Shown here in pieces: positions 49,284 through 61,785 of a stretch of DNA of 64,000 nucleotides. Source of the DNA: Blepharisma stoltei ATCC 30299 (taxonomy: Eukaryota; Protista; Ciliophora); contig CBFDEM010000013.1 in assembly GCA_965603825.1 (NCBI GenBank), positions 372,001-436,000 of the forward strand, given 5' to 3'. The notes beneath the pieces were generated by a model. The model did no database searches and was not told the DNA's origin. It saw nothing but the letters and a program-made list of their open reading frames with translations. The first letter of the stretch is position 1. Each line of letters opens with the position of its first letter. Made by a program: the position numbers and the translations under genes.

Positions 49284-50384
49284 ATGACTTCTCATCCATT
49301 GCAGTTAATTGAGCAGCTAGGAAGATTAAGAAATTCTCAAAACAACGAGAATAAAACGAATCCCTCCATAGCAAAGCAAGCACAAAATGACTTTGGCCTA
49401 AATGAATTGATGAAAAGCTTGTCGAATGAAAAAAATCCAGAGAAAAATAACAAATATCTTGAAATACCAAATCCCAAAGAAAACAATAAAATTTGGCAAG
49501 AATTAATAAAATCAACTGGCTTGAAATCAGAATCACAACCTAAGGATTTCATTTCTCCAAATAAAGAAACTCTAGCTTATTCTAAAGCAGATGAAGCAAG
49601 GTCTATGACCCCTACACCTATGAAATATGACCAAACGCCACCAAAGTTGCCAGAAAGGTCTATTAAATCAAAAAGCAAATCCCCAATAAGAACTATCGAT
49701 TTTGTCCCTTCTATTTCTGAAAAATCTAAAATCCTAGCAAGTAGGCATGGAAAAACTCAAGAAAGGCTGCTAAATCATACTATAAAAACCATTACAATAA
49801 GGCCAAATAATGCAAGTCCATGCCAGTTCAAGCCTAAGCTTAACCCAAACTCTGTTAAAATGGACAAGGCGATCCATAAATCTAAACACGAAAGATGGGA
49901 AACCTTGTACAAGCTCGATTCCCAAAAGAAAGAAAAATGAGAAAAAATAAGAAAAAATGCTCAGGATATTGCTGATGCTATTGAAGAGAAAGAGTGCACA
50001 TTTGCTCCAAGTATTAGCTGCTCTTCAATAAAAACCCCAAAAACTAAAAAAACATGGGATAGGCTGCATAATTGACAAAAATTCAAAGATCAAAAATTAG
50101 AAAAAATAAGGGAAGAAAAGAAAGACAAAGAACTACTTGGGTGCACGTTTACACCAAAAATAAGGGATCTTTCACCTTCTTATGAAGATGACACATTATC
50201 AAGAATAAAAGGAATAGGGAGATATTTCGAGCGACAAGCTCAATCCAAGGCATCAAAAGTTGGAGTTTCATTTGACTCAGGGAACTATGAATCTACCTTT
50301 TATACTCACAGAGATTTGTCTCCGAGCGAATACACTCAAGCTATAGGAACCCTCCGTGGCGAGCTTCGCTCTATTCTGATGTAA
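49284..50384 (+). CDS. Hypothetical protein with CTFxPxI repeats
   Basis: DFVPSI, CQFKPKL, ECTFAPSI and GCTFTPKI motifs with WDRL/WETLY helices; frame passes two TGAs to TAA 50382. Confidence 0.75.
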
Positions 50385-50414
50385 TTCATTTTATTACTAA
50401 TATATTTTTCTGTT

Positions 50415-51167
50415 ATGGATAATAATTCTCAAACATTCTTCTCCAGTTTCTTTGCTGGTAAGAAGCCCAAATGTGCTCACTGCCAAGAAGAAGGCAGCCT
50501 TATTTGTTTCTGATGCAAAACTGATATATGTGAATATCATGGCTGCAAAAGATACATTAAAAGGAAAAATGTTGCTATTTGCAATCATTGTTCTTATTCT
50601 GATCTTTATAATTCGATAACAGAAAAATTTGAGCTAATGAAGTCTGAGATTTGCGGTGACTTGAAAAAGATAAATAAGGAAAATATGCAGCTTAAAAAAG
50701 AAATAGAAATAAATGGCAAATTGTGCCAGTCATTGAAGGAAAAAGCGGATATGAATGAGTATGTGAATAATGAAACGTCTAGAAAATTAATGGAAACTAT
50801 AAGAGTTAATGAGTTGGTGATTAGTGGATCTAATCAAACATTTAGAAGCCTTGCAGAATCACTTGAAAGGCAAAAGCAATGCAATTTGAAATACAAAGAG
50901 AAAATAAACTGCACAAATAATGCAATAGAAATGGTGGAAAGTGAAATCAAAGTGATATCTGAACAGAAGCAGCAAGCTGCTATGCATGTCAATACACTTA
51001 GTAAGATATTGAGCTCAAGTGGCCCTGCTGAATCGATTGCTAGAATTCTTTGTGAAAAATGCAAAAAAAGATTCTTTGGTTCTGCAAATCTTGCGAGGCT
51101 TTCTTTTTCAGAATCAATTGATAAAAATGACCAAAAAGCGTCATGCGTAAGTTGCTCCTTACTATAA
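50415..51167 (+). CDS. Cys/His zinc-finger plus coiled-coil protein with CaaX (CSLL)
   Basis: ATG 50415; CAHC..CF-W(TGA)-C..CEYH..CNHC; coiled coil; CEKC; ends SCVSCSLL-TAA. Confidence 0.78.
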
Positions 51168-51203
51168 ATGCCATGTAATTTATTCTATTTATATCGACTG
51201 AAT

Positions 51204-52919
51204 TTATTTCATATATCTTGCACGAAACGGCCCTAGTTGGCTCGTCCTTCTTTCCTTTTGCACTTTTCTGTCAAGAGCATCTCTTAACTGATTGACTTTT
51301 TGTATTGTCTTCATATTTCCCTCTTTCTGCTCAGCCATAGCTTTGAGGTTCTGCAAGCTTTCTTTATAATGGCTTGTTTCTTCTGAAAATTCACTACAGA
51401 CAGCTCTTGCCAGCTCACTGCTCATTTGTGTTTTACATGTTACATGACATAAGAATTCTTCTTTTGAGCCACAATCTCCTACAGATCTATTTGAATCTGT
51501 GGACTCTTCATTACTACTTATACTATATGCAGATGGAAATGATGAGCTCCTTTCTGCATCATTTCCAATGGACTTAATTTTATAAACACTACGTTTACAT
51601 TCTACTCTTTTGTATCCAAGCCTATTGTTTATCAGTGGAGTTTTCACTGAAGAATATTCAACATAAGTTGTTTCGCCTTCTATTCGGATTGTGCATACAG
51701 TGGCTAAATCAACTGGCTTGCCTTTTTCGCTAGGGAAAGAAAACCAGACTAAATAATGCTTCAAAAATTCGTATTCTTTGACAATTTCGTAGCCAGAAAT
51801 ATAAGTGTCTCATTTTAGTCTTAGTTCTGTATCAAGTATCAGGTTGAGGATTTTTTCGACTGAGGACTCAATAAAAATTGAGCTGCGGGTTTCAAAACAG
51901 TCTTCGGCAGATCTGAAACAGATCATCATGTTTCCGGGATAATTATTTGTGTTTAAGCATCTTCAATCACTTTTATCTTTTTTTGTTTGAATTTGTGCTG
52001 GAATTAATTCTTGGCTCGGGATTAATTCTTGACTTTGCCAGGTGGAATAAACCTGAAAAGCTTCATCGCTGTTGTTGAGGATGTATTTGAACATGTGGCT
52101 AGAAGAATTTCTAGCCATGCACTCGTCTATGATTTTACAAATTTGAAAAGCTTGCTCTGCTGAATCACCTTGAAAGACCTTTAATAAATGTAGGTCTAAA
52201 TTCATTGATTTTAAATGCTCTTGATCTAATTTTACTAATGCTTCTTGGATGTCAGTATAAAATCTATAGCGATCTCTGCTTAGTAGTTTGCTTAGACTGT
52301 CCAAAGCTTTTGAGGCAACAACCAAAGTGCCACAAAGAGGAATCAAATGATTCAGAAGCATTCAGATTGCGTTCTTTGATAATTCTTCTCTGATTTCGAA
52401 AAATTCGTTATCAAATTTTTGAACTGCTTTCGTACTATTTTTGTCTGATTTGTTTAATCTTCGAATGAATGCTGCAACACAACGGTCAGCAGAACTCATT
52501 TTGCATTCTTTTTGCCTTTGAGATAAAATAGCCTCTCTTTTCTGATCAGGAATTTCCAAAAACTGTAATAAAATATCTACTGCTGAGTCTAGCTGTGAAA
52601 CTTCGTTTATTCATAAATTTAACATTTCTCTACGACGCTCAATGCATAAAGGTGTTTTATTGTGAAGTAAGCTTTTCTTAGGGAACCCTGGAATACATAT
52701 ATGAATAAGACACTTAATCTGAATATATTGTACCTGTTCTTTTAGAGCTGAGAATTGCCGATATCGCCTATAAATAACGTGTGTATAAGAGTGAAATTTA
52801 GCATGGATTTCATACTCCTGATTAGAGCTTACTGTAAAGACTTTTTGAAATAATTGCTTTGATTCTTGGCTGCGAGTTCTTGGGATTGAAATAGAAAAAC
52901 AACCATCACTCAAATCCAT
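51204..52919 (-). CDS. PX-domain plus START-like domain protein; probable 15-nt intron at 52719-52733
   Basis: IYRRYRQFSAL..PGFPKK..IERRREMLNL-W (PX); ILDTELRLK-W(TGA)-DTY..KPVDLATV..YVEYSSV (START-like); single frame. Confidence 0.78.
51999..52034 (-). repeat. 18-bp coding tandem duplication (SQELIP x2)
   Basis: AGTCAAGAATTAATCCCG / AGCCAAGAATTAATTCCA; three differences, all synonymous. Confidence 0.85.
52719..52733 (-). other. Probable 15-nt in-frame, stop-free intron GTACAATATATTCAG
   Basis: CAG|GT..AG, 15 nt, A at position 10; would encode VQYIQ if retained. Confidence 0.6.
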
Positions 52920-53385
52920 ATTAATTTATTTATATATGTGCATCTAGAATTATTGTTAAATACGTTAAGAGCATCATAGCAAGTTGCTGCATTCTCAAAT
53001 TTCATCTTAATTCCATTCAGCAAAACTGACACAAAGAATTATCCGTTTGCAGCTTTTTAAGATTTTTAATTATTTTTTATCAAAGCTGATCTGTGAACTT
53101 GTTCTCTAGGTCTGATCTCATCACCATTTATAAATATTTTAATTGCATATTTTATATTTATCTCAGATTATTAATATTTAAAAAATATAGCTAACATTTT
53201 AAAACAAATTGCTATACGATCAGATCCGCCACAGGATGGCACTCTTAATAAATAAAATTATATTTATTGAAAAATATTAATTTTATAAGCAAAACCAAAA
53301 TAAAACTTAAAAATGCAAATATTTAGTTAGAAATTTTTGCAAAATTATTGCATACCTCAAATATCTAATATTTTGTGGTCAATGG

Positions 53386-54567
53386 CTATTTTAAATATAT
53401 AACAATACATGAAATATCATCAATCCCTCCGTCTCTCTACGTGAATCTTACATTTTCTCATAACTTTCTTGCTTCATCAACAATTTCCTTACAGGCAGTT
53501 GTGACTTGGTAACTGTCATAATAATTGCTAGCTATTTCTATTATTTCTTCATTTTTCATGTGCTCATATAGACCATCTGATCCTATGACTATAATTCTGT
53601 CTTGATGCATAATATTTCTTTCAATAATTTCAGGCTCTGAGCTGACTCCAACTTGATGCGCAATTGTGTCTCCTAAAGATCTTGTCATCGCAAGTCCAGG
53701 CAAGTTTTGATTTTTCATTCATACTCTCAAAGGTCCATACTTTTTCCCACCAATTTCCTGTTCACAAATCCTTCCTCCAGATTTCATAACTCTGCTTGCT
53801 TCATCTAATTCTTTAGGCTTATGATCTCTACTAATTGGTATAGAGTCTCACCTCCCATTGGTATTTCTTCCTAAAATAGCTCTTGAGTCTCCTGCATTTG
53901 CGCAAAAAATCTTATTTTGAGTCATTAAAACAACACAAGCTGTGGTCCCACTAAACGTGATTTCATAAGATGACCTAAATAGGTCTGAATTTGCTTTCAT
54001 AAATGCCTGGATTAAAGCTCTTTTCGAAGAACCCAGCAAATCCTCATCAATTTTTAGGGCGTTAACTAACTGTTCAGCTACAAATTGAGAAATTTGTTTC
54101 CCTGCAGATCCATGACCATCACAAATTCCAAAAAAATGAGTCTGTTGGTCTGTAAACAAATTAGGATGGATTATAATTGAGTCTTGGTTTTCTTTGAGAG
54201 GGTTTCTTCATGTAAGTCCTTTTTTGGTTCCTCATGCATATGAAATTGAGTGCGGCTTTAAATCTAACGAAACTATTCTTTTGTGTAGTGAAGGCAGATC
54301 GTTAGGTATTGACATTGCAGAAATATTTCGCCTGTGAAAAAGAGGTATTTTTTTGGAAGGGATTGGCTTAAGGTCTTCAATTAAGCTTTGGGGTTGAGGG
54401 CGAAATGGTGTTGGCGAAAGACGAGATGAGTTTGGAATACTTGGAGTGACAGGAGACCTTCTTGGAGATCTCTTAGATACTGCTCTTTTTGGGCTAATGC
54501 TTACTGATTTTTTTCTTTGCTCTAAAAGACTGGCAGTCTCCTTTGTAATTTTAAGATTTCTTTTCAT
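53386..54567 (-). CDS. PP2C/PPM protein phosphatase; 15-nt intron at 53437-53451
   Basis: ENQD, FGICDGHG, SGTTA, ANAGDSRA, RDHKP, GLAMTRSLGD, GSDGL; spliced end IDDISCIVIYLK-TAG. Confidence 0.94.
53437..53451 (-). other. 15-nt intron GTAAGATTCACGTAG
   Basis: Removes an in-frame TAG upstream of the conserved terminal DDIS metal-binding motif. Confidence 0.92.
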
Positions 54568-54827
54568 ATTGAACCTAAAAAAGATGAAATGGAGTTGGAA
54601 ATTATTAAATTATAAAGTACCCTTCCTGTATTCAGATTTTTAATATCTTTACTTAATAATTTATTTCGCTTCCTCTCTTGGTTTCTTTGCTTGCTTATGG
54701 AAATATGTTTTTAATTCATATATAAATCTATCAGCACAAGTATGCATATCATGACTGTATACCCAATATGTGCAATTCTTTGTAATAAACAATTTTATAG
54801 CCTCAAACTAAAATACAAATCTATAAA

Positions 54828-56261
54828 ATGGCGAAAGGACTAAAAGATAGGTTCTTAGAAGATCTGAGCTCCATTCTTTCACAAAATCCTATAGACAAAA
54901 GTGAGCTTTCCTACAAGTTACAAGAAATAGCAAGGGAAAAATTTGTAATAAGTATCAAAACTACTGCAAAAGTTCAGCCAAGATATTGTGACGGCAATCC
55001 TTGCAGCTATTATTATAACCAGCCCCTGGATCTAAGCTATTTGTATAAGCCTCAAAATTGCCAAGTTCATCGATATTGCAGTTACTGCCTTCGAGATCAT
55101 ATCCTCATGTCATTGCAAAAAAATCCTAACACCAGAGTCTTGTGCAAAAAATGCGAATTCCAAAGTAATTTCAATGTCCTTGAAGAAAACGAGCTTTATT
55201 TCTTTATTACTCCAGAAGAAAAAAAAGAAATCGAAGCAAATTATGAAGATAATCAAAGAAGAAGACAATGCTACTCAGGGTTTCCAGAATGCTCATATAA
55301 AGGAAGCACAGAATACATAGATTACATGGTTAAATATGAATGTGATGATTATTTGTGCTATTTCTGCTATGCATTTCATGTTGCCAGTAAAATTCTGGAA
55401 AAAATTAACGAAATCACTCAAAATACAAATGACAGGTTTGTGATACGGCCTTGAAAAATAGGATGCCCTCATAATCATCCTAGAAGTATAAATAATTTTG
55501 ACATCGACCACGCACTTGATGCAATAAGAAAGGCTGGATTCGAAGAAGAAATAATTGATAAAATTGAAACAAACGTAAACCAATTCAAATCTGTTTTTGA
55601 AGGCCGCCAAGAAGCTTTCATTAAGTGTGCAAACTGCAGCAAACTTCAAGTTTATAATTCAGCTAACCCAAGCCCTTGTAAATTCACAGAATGTGGAAAA
55701 TGTTTATTCCAGAAGCATGATGCCCACCCTGGCAGTTCTTGTGATGATTTACTGCAAGACACTTGGACTCTATCAACAAACGCAATTCCAAATCCATCTC
55801 CTGATGATTATAGCGAATCAGCAAAAAAATTTAAGCATACAGCCTTTATTCTTAGTGGTCTATCTAAAGCAATTCGGCTAAAACTAACCAATCTGTATGA
55901 AGCTGAAAATAAATTTTGTGAAAAAAATTTTTTAAATCTGCAAATGAGTATCGAAGCCAATTTTTTATCTGTGATTACTCCTTTTATGACAAAGCAGGAA
56001 GCTGAAAATCAAATTAAGAATGGCTTAGTTAAAGACCAAGCAACGCAGTGCTATATATTTTTAAAAGAAATTAATGCAAATCCTCCAGCTGGACAAAATT
56101 GCTTTATTGAGTGTGAGATAATTGGTGAAGGCCAATTGGAAAATAAAGTTCCAGCTCAAAGCGATCTAAAAGCTCCTTTCCCAAAAATATTTTGGTTTGG
56201 TGATAAATACTATGTTTCTGACTTGAAAGGAATCTTAATAAAAAACATTGGACAAATTTAA
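54828..56261 (+). CDS. Multi-zinc-finger protein (two RING-like, one IBR-like) with uncharacterised C-terminal domain
   Basis: CQVHRYCSYC..CKKC; ECDDYLCYFC..GCP; CANC..CGKC..HPGSSC; one frame through TGA 55452 to TAA 56261. Confidence 0.72.
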
Positions 56262-56552
56262 ATAAGTATTTCTTATAATAAAACTTTATCTTAATAAAAA
56301 ATGTTTCCACTATTTAAATCGTACCTCATGAATGAGGTCTAACTTTTGATTTTTTATAAAGAATATTTGAAACTTCTGACATACTTATAAATAGTAACTC
56401 ATAACGTAACAATAGTCTGATCAAGAAAACATCCATAAACTGGCTAGTTTTAAAACAATTTCGGTTATATTCGAAAAAAATAATTCTGGAATCATGATGG
56501 TCTGATCAAAAATTTAAATAATGCAAATGCCAGCAACCATAATTCATAAAAA

Positions 56553-58013
56553 ATGGGCTGTAGTGTTAATACAAGAATGAAAAGACCCCAAACAACAGAC
56601 TTGCCCCGCATAAGTCAAGTCGGAGAAATCAAAGTAAAGCCGGAAATTTTTGTTCAAGAAAACCAGCACCGTTTTGCAGAGGTTTATCGTCTCGGTGAAA
56701 GTTTGGGTTCTGGAGGATTTGGCGAAGTTCGTATTTGTTTTCACAGAGAGAATGGGAACAAGCGCGCTGTAAAAATTATGCGAAAGGATCTTATGAAAAA
56801 TGATAGGAAGCGAGATGATTTGGAAAAAGAAATAAGCATTTTGAAGTCTATGGATCACCCTAATATTGTAAGATTATATGAATTTTTCGAAGATACGAAG
56901 CGGCTTTACATTGTTATGGAATATTGCAGTGGTGGCGAGCTGTTTGATGAAATTATAAAAAGAAAAAACTTCCAAGAAATCCACGCTGCCCAAATAATGT
57001 ATCAGCTGCTCTCAGCAGTTGCATATCTCCATAATCATTCTGTAATACATAGAGACTTGAAACCTGAGAATATCCTTCTGGAAGATACAAATGATTGCTT
57101 GAACATTAAACTTATTGACTTTGGGACTGCAATTATGTCAAGTAATAAAGTGAAAGATGCAATGGGGACAGCTTATTATATTGCTCCAGAAGTCTTAAGT
57201 GGGACTTATAATGAAAAATGTGATATGTGGAGTTGTGGAGTCATTTTATATATTTTACTATCAGGCAAGCCTCCTTTTGATGGAAGAGATGACACGGAGA
57301 TAGTCAATAAAATTCGAATTGGAAAATTCAGCATGGAGGATGAGCCATGGACCCGAATTTCAAATGAAGCTAAAAATTTAATTAATGGTTTACTATGCAA
57401 ATCTGATTCCAGACTTTCTGCTGCACAATGTCTTCAGCACCCTTGGATTACTTCAAAGGCCCGCCGTGCGCTTGCCACTGAAGAAATAATCCAAGAAGTG
57501 ATGCGAAACTTAACAGCTTTTCATACCAGCAATAAATTGCGGGATGCTGTGAATACCTTTGTGACATCTCAATGCCTTTCCATACAGGACACGCGACTAT
57601 TACGGGAAGTGTTCCGAAGTATGGATAAAAACGGAGATGGGAAACTAAGCAGGGAAGAGCTCATGGAGCAGTATGTCAGATCAATCGGAGCTGCTGATGC
57701 AGAAATTGAAGTAAATAGAATTATGGCTGAGGTGGACACTGATAATAATGGTTATATTGACTATACAGAGTTCTTAAAGGCAACTCTGGATATGAGAAAG
57801 TTGTTGTCAAGTGATAACTTGAAAGCAGCTTTCAGAATGTTTGACAGGGATGGCAGCGGAAGTATTTCAGCTGCTGAGCTGAAAAAGGTACTTGAAGGAG
57901 GACTTGCAAGTGATGATAAAGTTTGGAACGATCTAATTGTACAGGTGGATCAGAATGGAGATGGAGAAATCGACCTGCAGGAATTTCAAGATATCATTTT
58001 GTCAAAGCTTTAA
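56553..58013 (+). CDS. CDPK: Calcium-dependent protein kinase (kinase plus 4 EF-hands), MGC N-terminus
   Basis: GSGGFG, HRDLKPEN, DFG, YIAPE; EF loops DKNGDG, DTDNNG, DRDGSG, DQNGDG. Confidence 0.97.
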   Translation: MGCSVNTRMKRPQTTDLPRISQVGEIKVKPEIFVQENQHRFAEVYRLGESLGSGGFGEVRICFHRENGNKRAVKIMRKDLMKNDRKRDDLEKEISILKSMDHPNIVRLYEFFEDTKRLYIVMEYCSGGELFDEIIKRKNFQEIHAAQIMYQLLSAVAYLHNHSVIHRDLKPENILLEDTNDCLNIKLIDFGTAIMSSNKVKDAMGTAYYIAPEVLSGTYNEKCDMWSCGVILYILLSGKPPFDGRDDTEIVNKIRIGKFSMEDEPWTRISNEAKNLINGLLCKSDSRLSAAQCLQHPWITSKARRALATEEIIQEVMRNLTAFHTSNKLRDAVNTFVTSQCLSIQDTRLLREVFRSMDKNGDGKLSREELMEQYVRSIGAADAEIEVNRIMAEVDTDNNGYIDYTEFLKATLDMRKLLSSDNLKAAFRMFDRDGSGSISAAELKKVLEGGLASDDKVWNDLIVQVDQNGDGEIDLQEFQDIILSKL

Positions 58014-58223
58014 TTTATCATGTTTTATTTAAGCATTGAATTATCTTCTAAATCTTATTGTACAGTTATCTTCATTCTGCAGACATTATTAGAAAGGTTA
58101 ATCTAATTTTGAAAAGGTTTATGGACCGCTTTGCCAATAATAATATAGATGAAATAGCCTTCAAACAGTTTTTTTGATTAATATTATTATCTGCATTATT
58201 TACAAAAATGAGACGCTATTAAA

Positions 58224-59249
58224 TTATTCAGGATCTTTTTGCTCCCTCATCAGCTTTACAGATTCGTCAAGAGCCCACTTCAGCATGGCTTCTTCATCTT
58301 CTTTCATTTCTTTTAGTAAATCTTCACCTTGTGATACTTTACCATTAAATTCTGGAATCGCTGATTTTAGTGTTTCAGGCAGTTGATCACACATCAGTGT
58401 TAAGTAAAAAAATCTAGATACGGATTCATGGAAAAATTTTGGCCTTATTGAATTATGATCTCCTTCAAATAAAATTATATCCTTTTCTCCTGGATATTTA
58501 TCATACAAATCTTGTGTATGGTGTGGCCTTACGAATAAATCTTGAATTCCTGCACCAAATAAAGCTGGTTGAATACACGTATCTATTTGATCAATAGGAT
58601 TTATTTCATTTATATCAAATTTTGCTTTCTTTTTAACTGTTTTTCTTATCATACTATAAAGAAGTTTTCTCACAAAATTGGGCAGTCTGGTATAGTTACT
58701 GCCTAGTTCAGTTGCTAATTCTTTTAATGAAGCAAAAGGACTATCTAGAACCATACTATGTATATCATCATTGGCGCATGCATAGAAAATAGCAGTTGCA
58801 GCGCCCATACTTCTTCCCCATAGTCCAATTTTTCCAACTCTTCTATTTTCTTTAAGATAAGTTATAAGTTTTCTTAGGTCGTGCCGCTCATTTCACCCTA
58901 GCGATATATACTCTCCATCTGAAATGCCGCAGCCTGCGAAATCAAAAACGACTAGTGTTGCATTCATAGGAAGAATAAGAGGAACTGCAACTAACCCTTC
59001 TGTTCTTGAGCTTGAGTTTCCATGTAAGTATATTACACATGGCAGTAGGTCTGCGGTTCTTTCTGAATCGAAAGGCTCAAAATGAGAGCACTTCATTCAA
59101 TATCCATTGATATTTGCCAGGGAAAAATCTGTGCGCTTATAAGGCTTTCCACTTAATGTGAATTCTGATGGACCTAGATCAAAATCGCTGTATGTTTCTC
59201 TTGGAGGTCTTATGATTGATTTTCATAAAGCTTTATAACCTTTCTTCAT
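58224..59249 (-). CDS. Alpha/beta hydrolase (YqkD-like) with C-terminal UIM-like motif
   Basis: IIRPPR, VIYLHGNSSSR, FDFAGCGISDGEYISLG-W(TGA), GLWGRSMG nucleophile elbow, GDHN; tail EDEEAMLKWALDES. Confidence 0.9.
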
Positions 59250-59411
59250 GCTTTATATAAAAAATAATGCAGCTTTTATTATTCAATTGTTTCGCATTAT
59301 AGAGAGTGCGATTTTATAGCTTACTGAAAATTTGGGCATGAATACGGAAAGTAAAATAATTAATAGCTCAATGATCTGCCCTGAACTCTTAGAAAGTATA
59401 ATAAACCATTT

Positions 59412-60035
59412 ATGATACTTTCAAGGCTCTTTAGCTCAATAATAAAGAACAAAGTTGAAGTGGTATACGCAGGAAAGTGACTAAACTACCATCAAATGAC
59501 ATTCACAGATTCCACAGGGAATCTAAAGAAATGGGAATATGTCTCAAGATCAACAAAAAGAGCAGAGACTGATGGGGTTTCAATATTGGCAACTATTAGG
59601 CTTAATGGAAGCTTGCATTTAATAGCAAATGCTATTTTTAGGTATCCTGTATCCAAATATGTCCTTGAATTTCCTGCAGGACTCATTGACAAAGAAGACT
59701 CAGATTGCATTAATTCAGCTCTGCGAGAGCTAAAAGAGGAAACTGGCTACACAGCAAGAAGAGAAGATGTAACTGAAATTGGAGAAGTGTCATACAATGA
59801 CCCATGGAAAAGTGATGAATGCACTAAAATTGTCAAGATTACTATAAACCCTGATTTAGAAGAAAATAAAAATCCAATTCAGGAACTAGAGCCTTCTGAA
59901 CAAATAAGCGTAGAATTGATCCCCGTAAACGATATGCTCAAGCACATGCTGGAGCTCTGCAAACAAAAAGACTACTTGCTTGATGCAAGACTTTATTCAC
60001 TTGCACAAGGACTTGAATTGTCTAAACTAATTTAA
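59412..60035 (+). CDS. Nudix hydrolase, ADP-ribose pyrophosphatase (NUDT5-like)
   Basis: GK-W(TGA)-L, KWEYVSR, LEFPAGLID..ALRELKEETGY Nudix box. Confidence 0.9.
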
Positions 60036-60067
60036 TTTCAAATAAATTAAATATACTGTGGCTTACA

Positions 60068-61693
60068 CTATCTTTTGGTTTCCCAAATAAATGTTTCCAA
60101 GCTCTTCTGTAGCTCCTTCGCAAGTGCTCCAACTTGATTTTCTCTGTTTGCATTTTTAGCTAAGCTTGGAGAGTCATATATAGAAGTGAACGCAATTAGG
60201 CAGTTTTCGCATTTTCTCATTCTTTCTTCTCGGCTCAGATCCACCCCTCCCATTACTGGCGCTACCAAAGTAGATGTGACGATATCTCTAAACTGTTTTA
60301 GCATTAAAGAAGCAACATTAATTCCAGTCCTTATATAAGATTCGTATTTTGAGTCAATAAGCCCTTTAGCCAGGTTTACTATTAATGCGCAGTGCTCTAA
60401 ATTTAGCCCTTCAGCTTTACTATCAACGAGGCTGTATTTTAGCACGTCAGCAGTTACTGATATATCATTCATCATATTTAATGCGCTTATTGTAGCGTTA
60501 ACGTCTCCTCTTGCTCAATAGCTTACTACTAGTGAAGCGTTTTCAGTTCGCCTTTTGATGACAGAAAGGATACTGCTATGGTTTTTATAGATTTCGTTTA
60601 TGATTTCTTCAGTATTTTCTACTGGAAGAGCGTTTCTTGGCATAAAATCATTTACATCAAGCCCAACTGGCTCTTCAGAATTTGCTGCTACAAAGCTTGT
60701 CATCATGTCAGACTTGGACTTTTTCTTGGCTTTTGGGATATTTGGAACTACTTTTTGTTCTTCTATTCTAGCAGCAGCTGTATTTGCATTTAAGTCTTGA
60801 GTCCAATATGCGAACGAAGTCCCATTAATTGACAAGCCCACAATCATCCCATCTTTTGAGTTGACTTTTAAGTCTTCCACTCCTCTTCATGTTGTTTCAT
60901 AAACTCCTGACAAGTCTCCATGCTCAATATCCCATGACTTCAAAGAGTCATTTGTGGCTGAAAATAAAACAGTCCCATCATCATCAAAGCAAATTCTTTG
61001 AATAGGCAAAGAATCTGGCGCAGTTGAAGAAATGTGACCGAAGTTTTCCATATCCCAGTATTGGACTACTCTATCTTGATGGCCAGAAGCTATAGTTAAA
61101 TGTTGAGGATTGAAGCTCATGCATGTGATTGGTGAATTGCTTATAGAGAACTCAAATATTTTCCTCGATGTATTTAAATCCCACAATTTTATGTTCCCAT
61201 CAACTCCTCCTGATGCTAAAAAGTTTCCATCCGGGCTGAATTCGACTACATTTACTGGCCCTCTGTGACCTTTGAAGGTTTGCACGCAAGCTTTTTTCCT
61301 TAAGTCCCATATCTTTACATTGCAGTCTGTAGATCCAGTTGCGAGGTAATTTTGTTGGCCTGCTGGAAATGGAGCAATTGTTGTGCATGATGACATGTGG
61401 CCTTTTAAGCTGCTGATAGGCCGTTGGGATTTTAAATCTCATATGATTACTGTGCCGCCGAATGATCCAGAATAGACTTCTTCTTCGTTTGGCGAAAAAG
61501 CTACAGTTGTTATATCAGAAGAATGCCCTTGAAGATTTAAGAGGGACTCTTTTCTTGTAATTTTCCAGAGTCTGATGTTTTTAGCATCATCACCAGCAGC
61601 AACAACTTGAAAAGACCTTGGGCCGATGGTGGCACAAGTTGCAATGCTGCTGCCAGGTGCGCTTAAGGCGATATCAAACTCAAAATGTATCAT
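60068..61693 (-). CDS. KATNB1: Katanin p80 subunit (WD40 plus con80 domain)
   Basis: Six WD40 repeats, some with TGA-GAT = WD; C-terminal con80 block DISVTADVL..LIDSKYESYI..GVDLSREERMRKC. Confidence 0.92.
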
Positions 61694-61785
61694 ATTTATA
61701 AATTTGAAGTTCTAAGAATTAACATTTTTATTAGAGATAATGCTTTAGTTAGGGATTAATTTTTATTTCATATTTCACAAAAACA

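Noticed and set aside
4297-61693. Microtubule-related genes (TPX2-like, CCP5, FHIP, katanin p80) as a functional cluster
   Set aside because: They are dispersed among unrelated genes, and such genes are abundant in ciliates.
61747-61755. GTTAGGG, resembling a telomere unit
   Set aside because: Single partial copy, no array.
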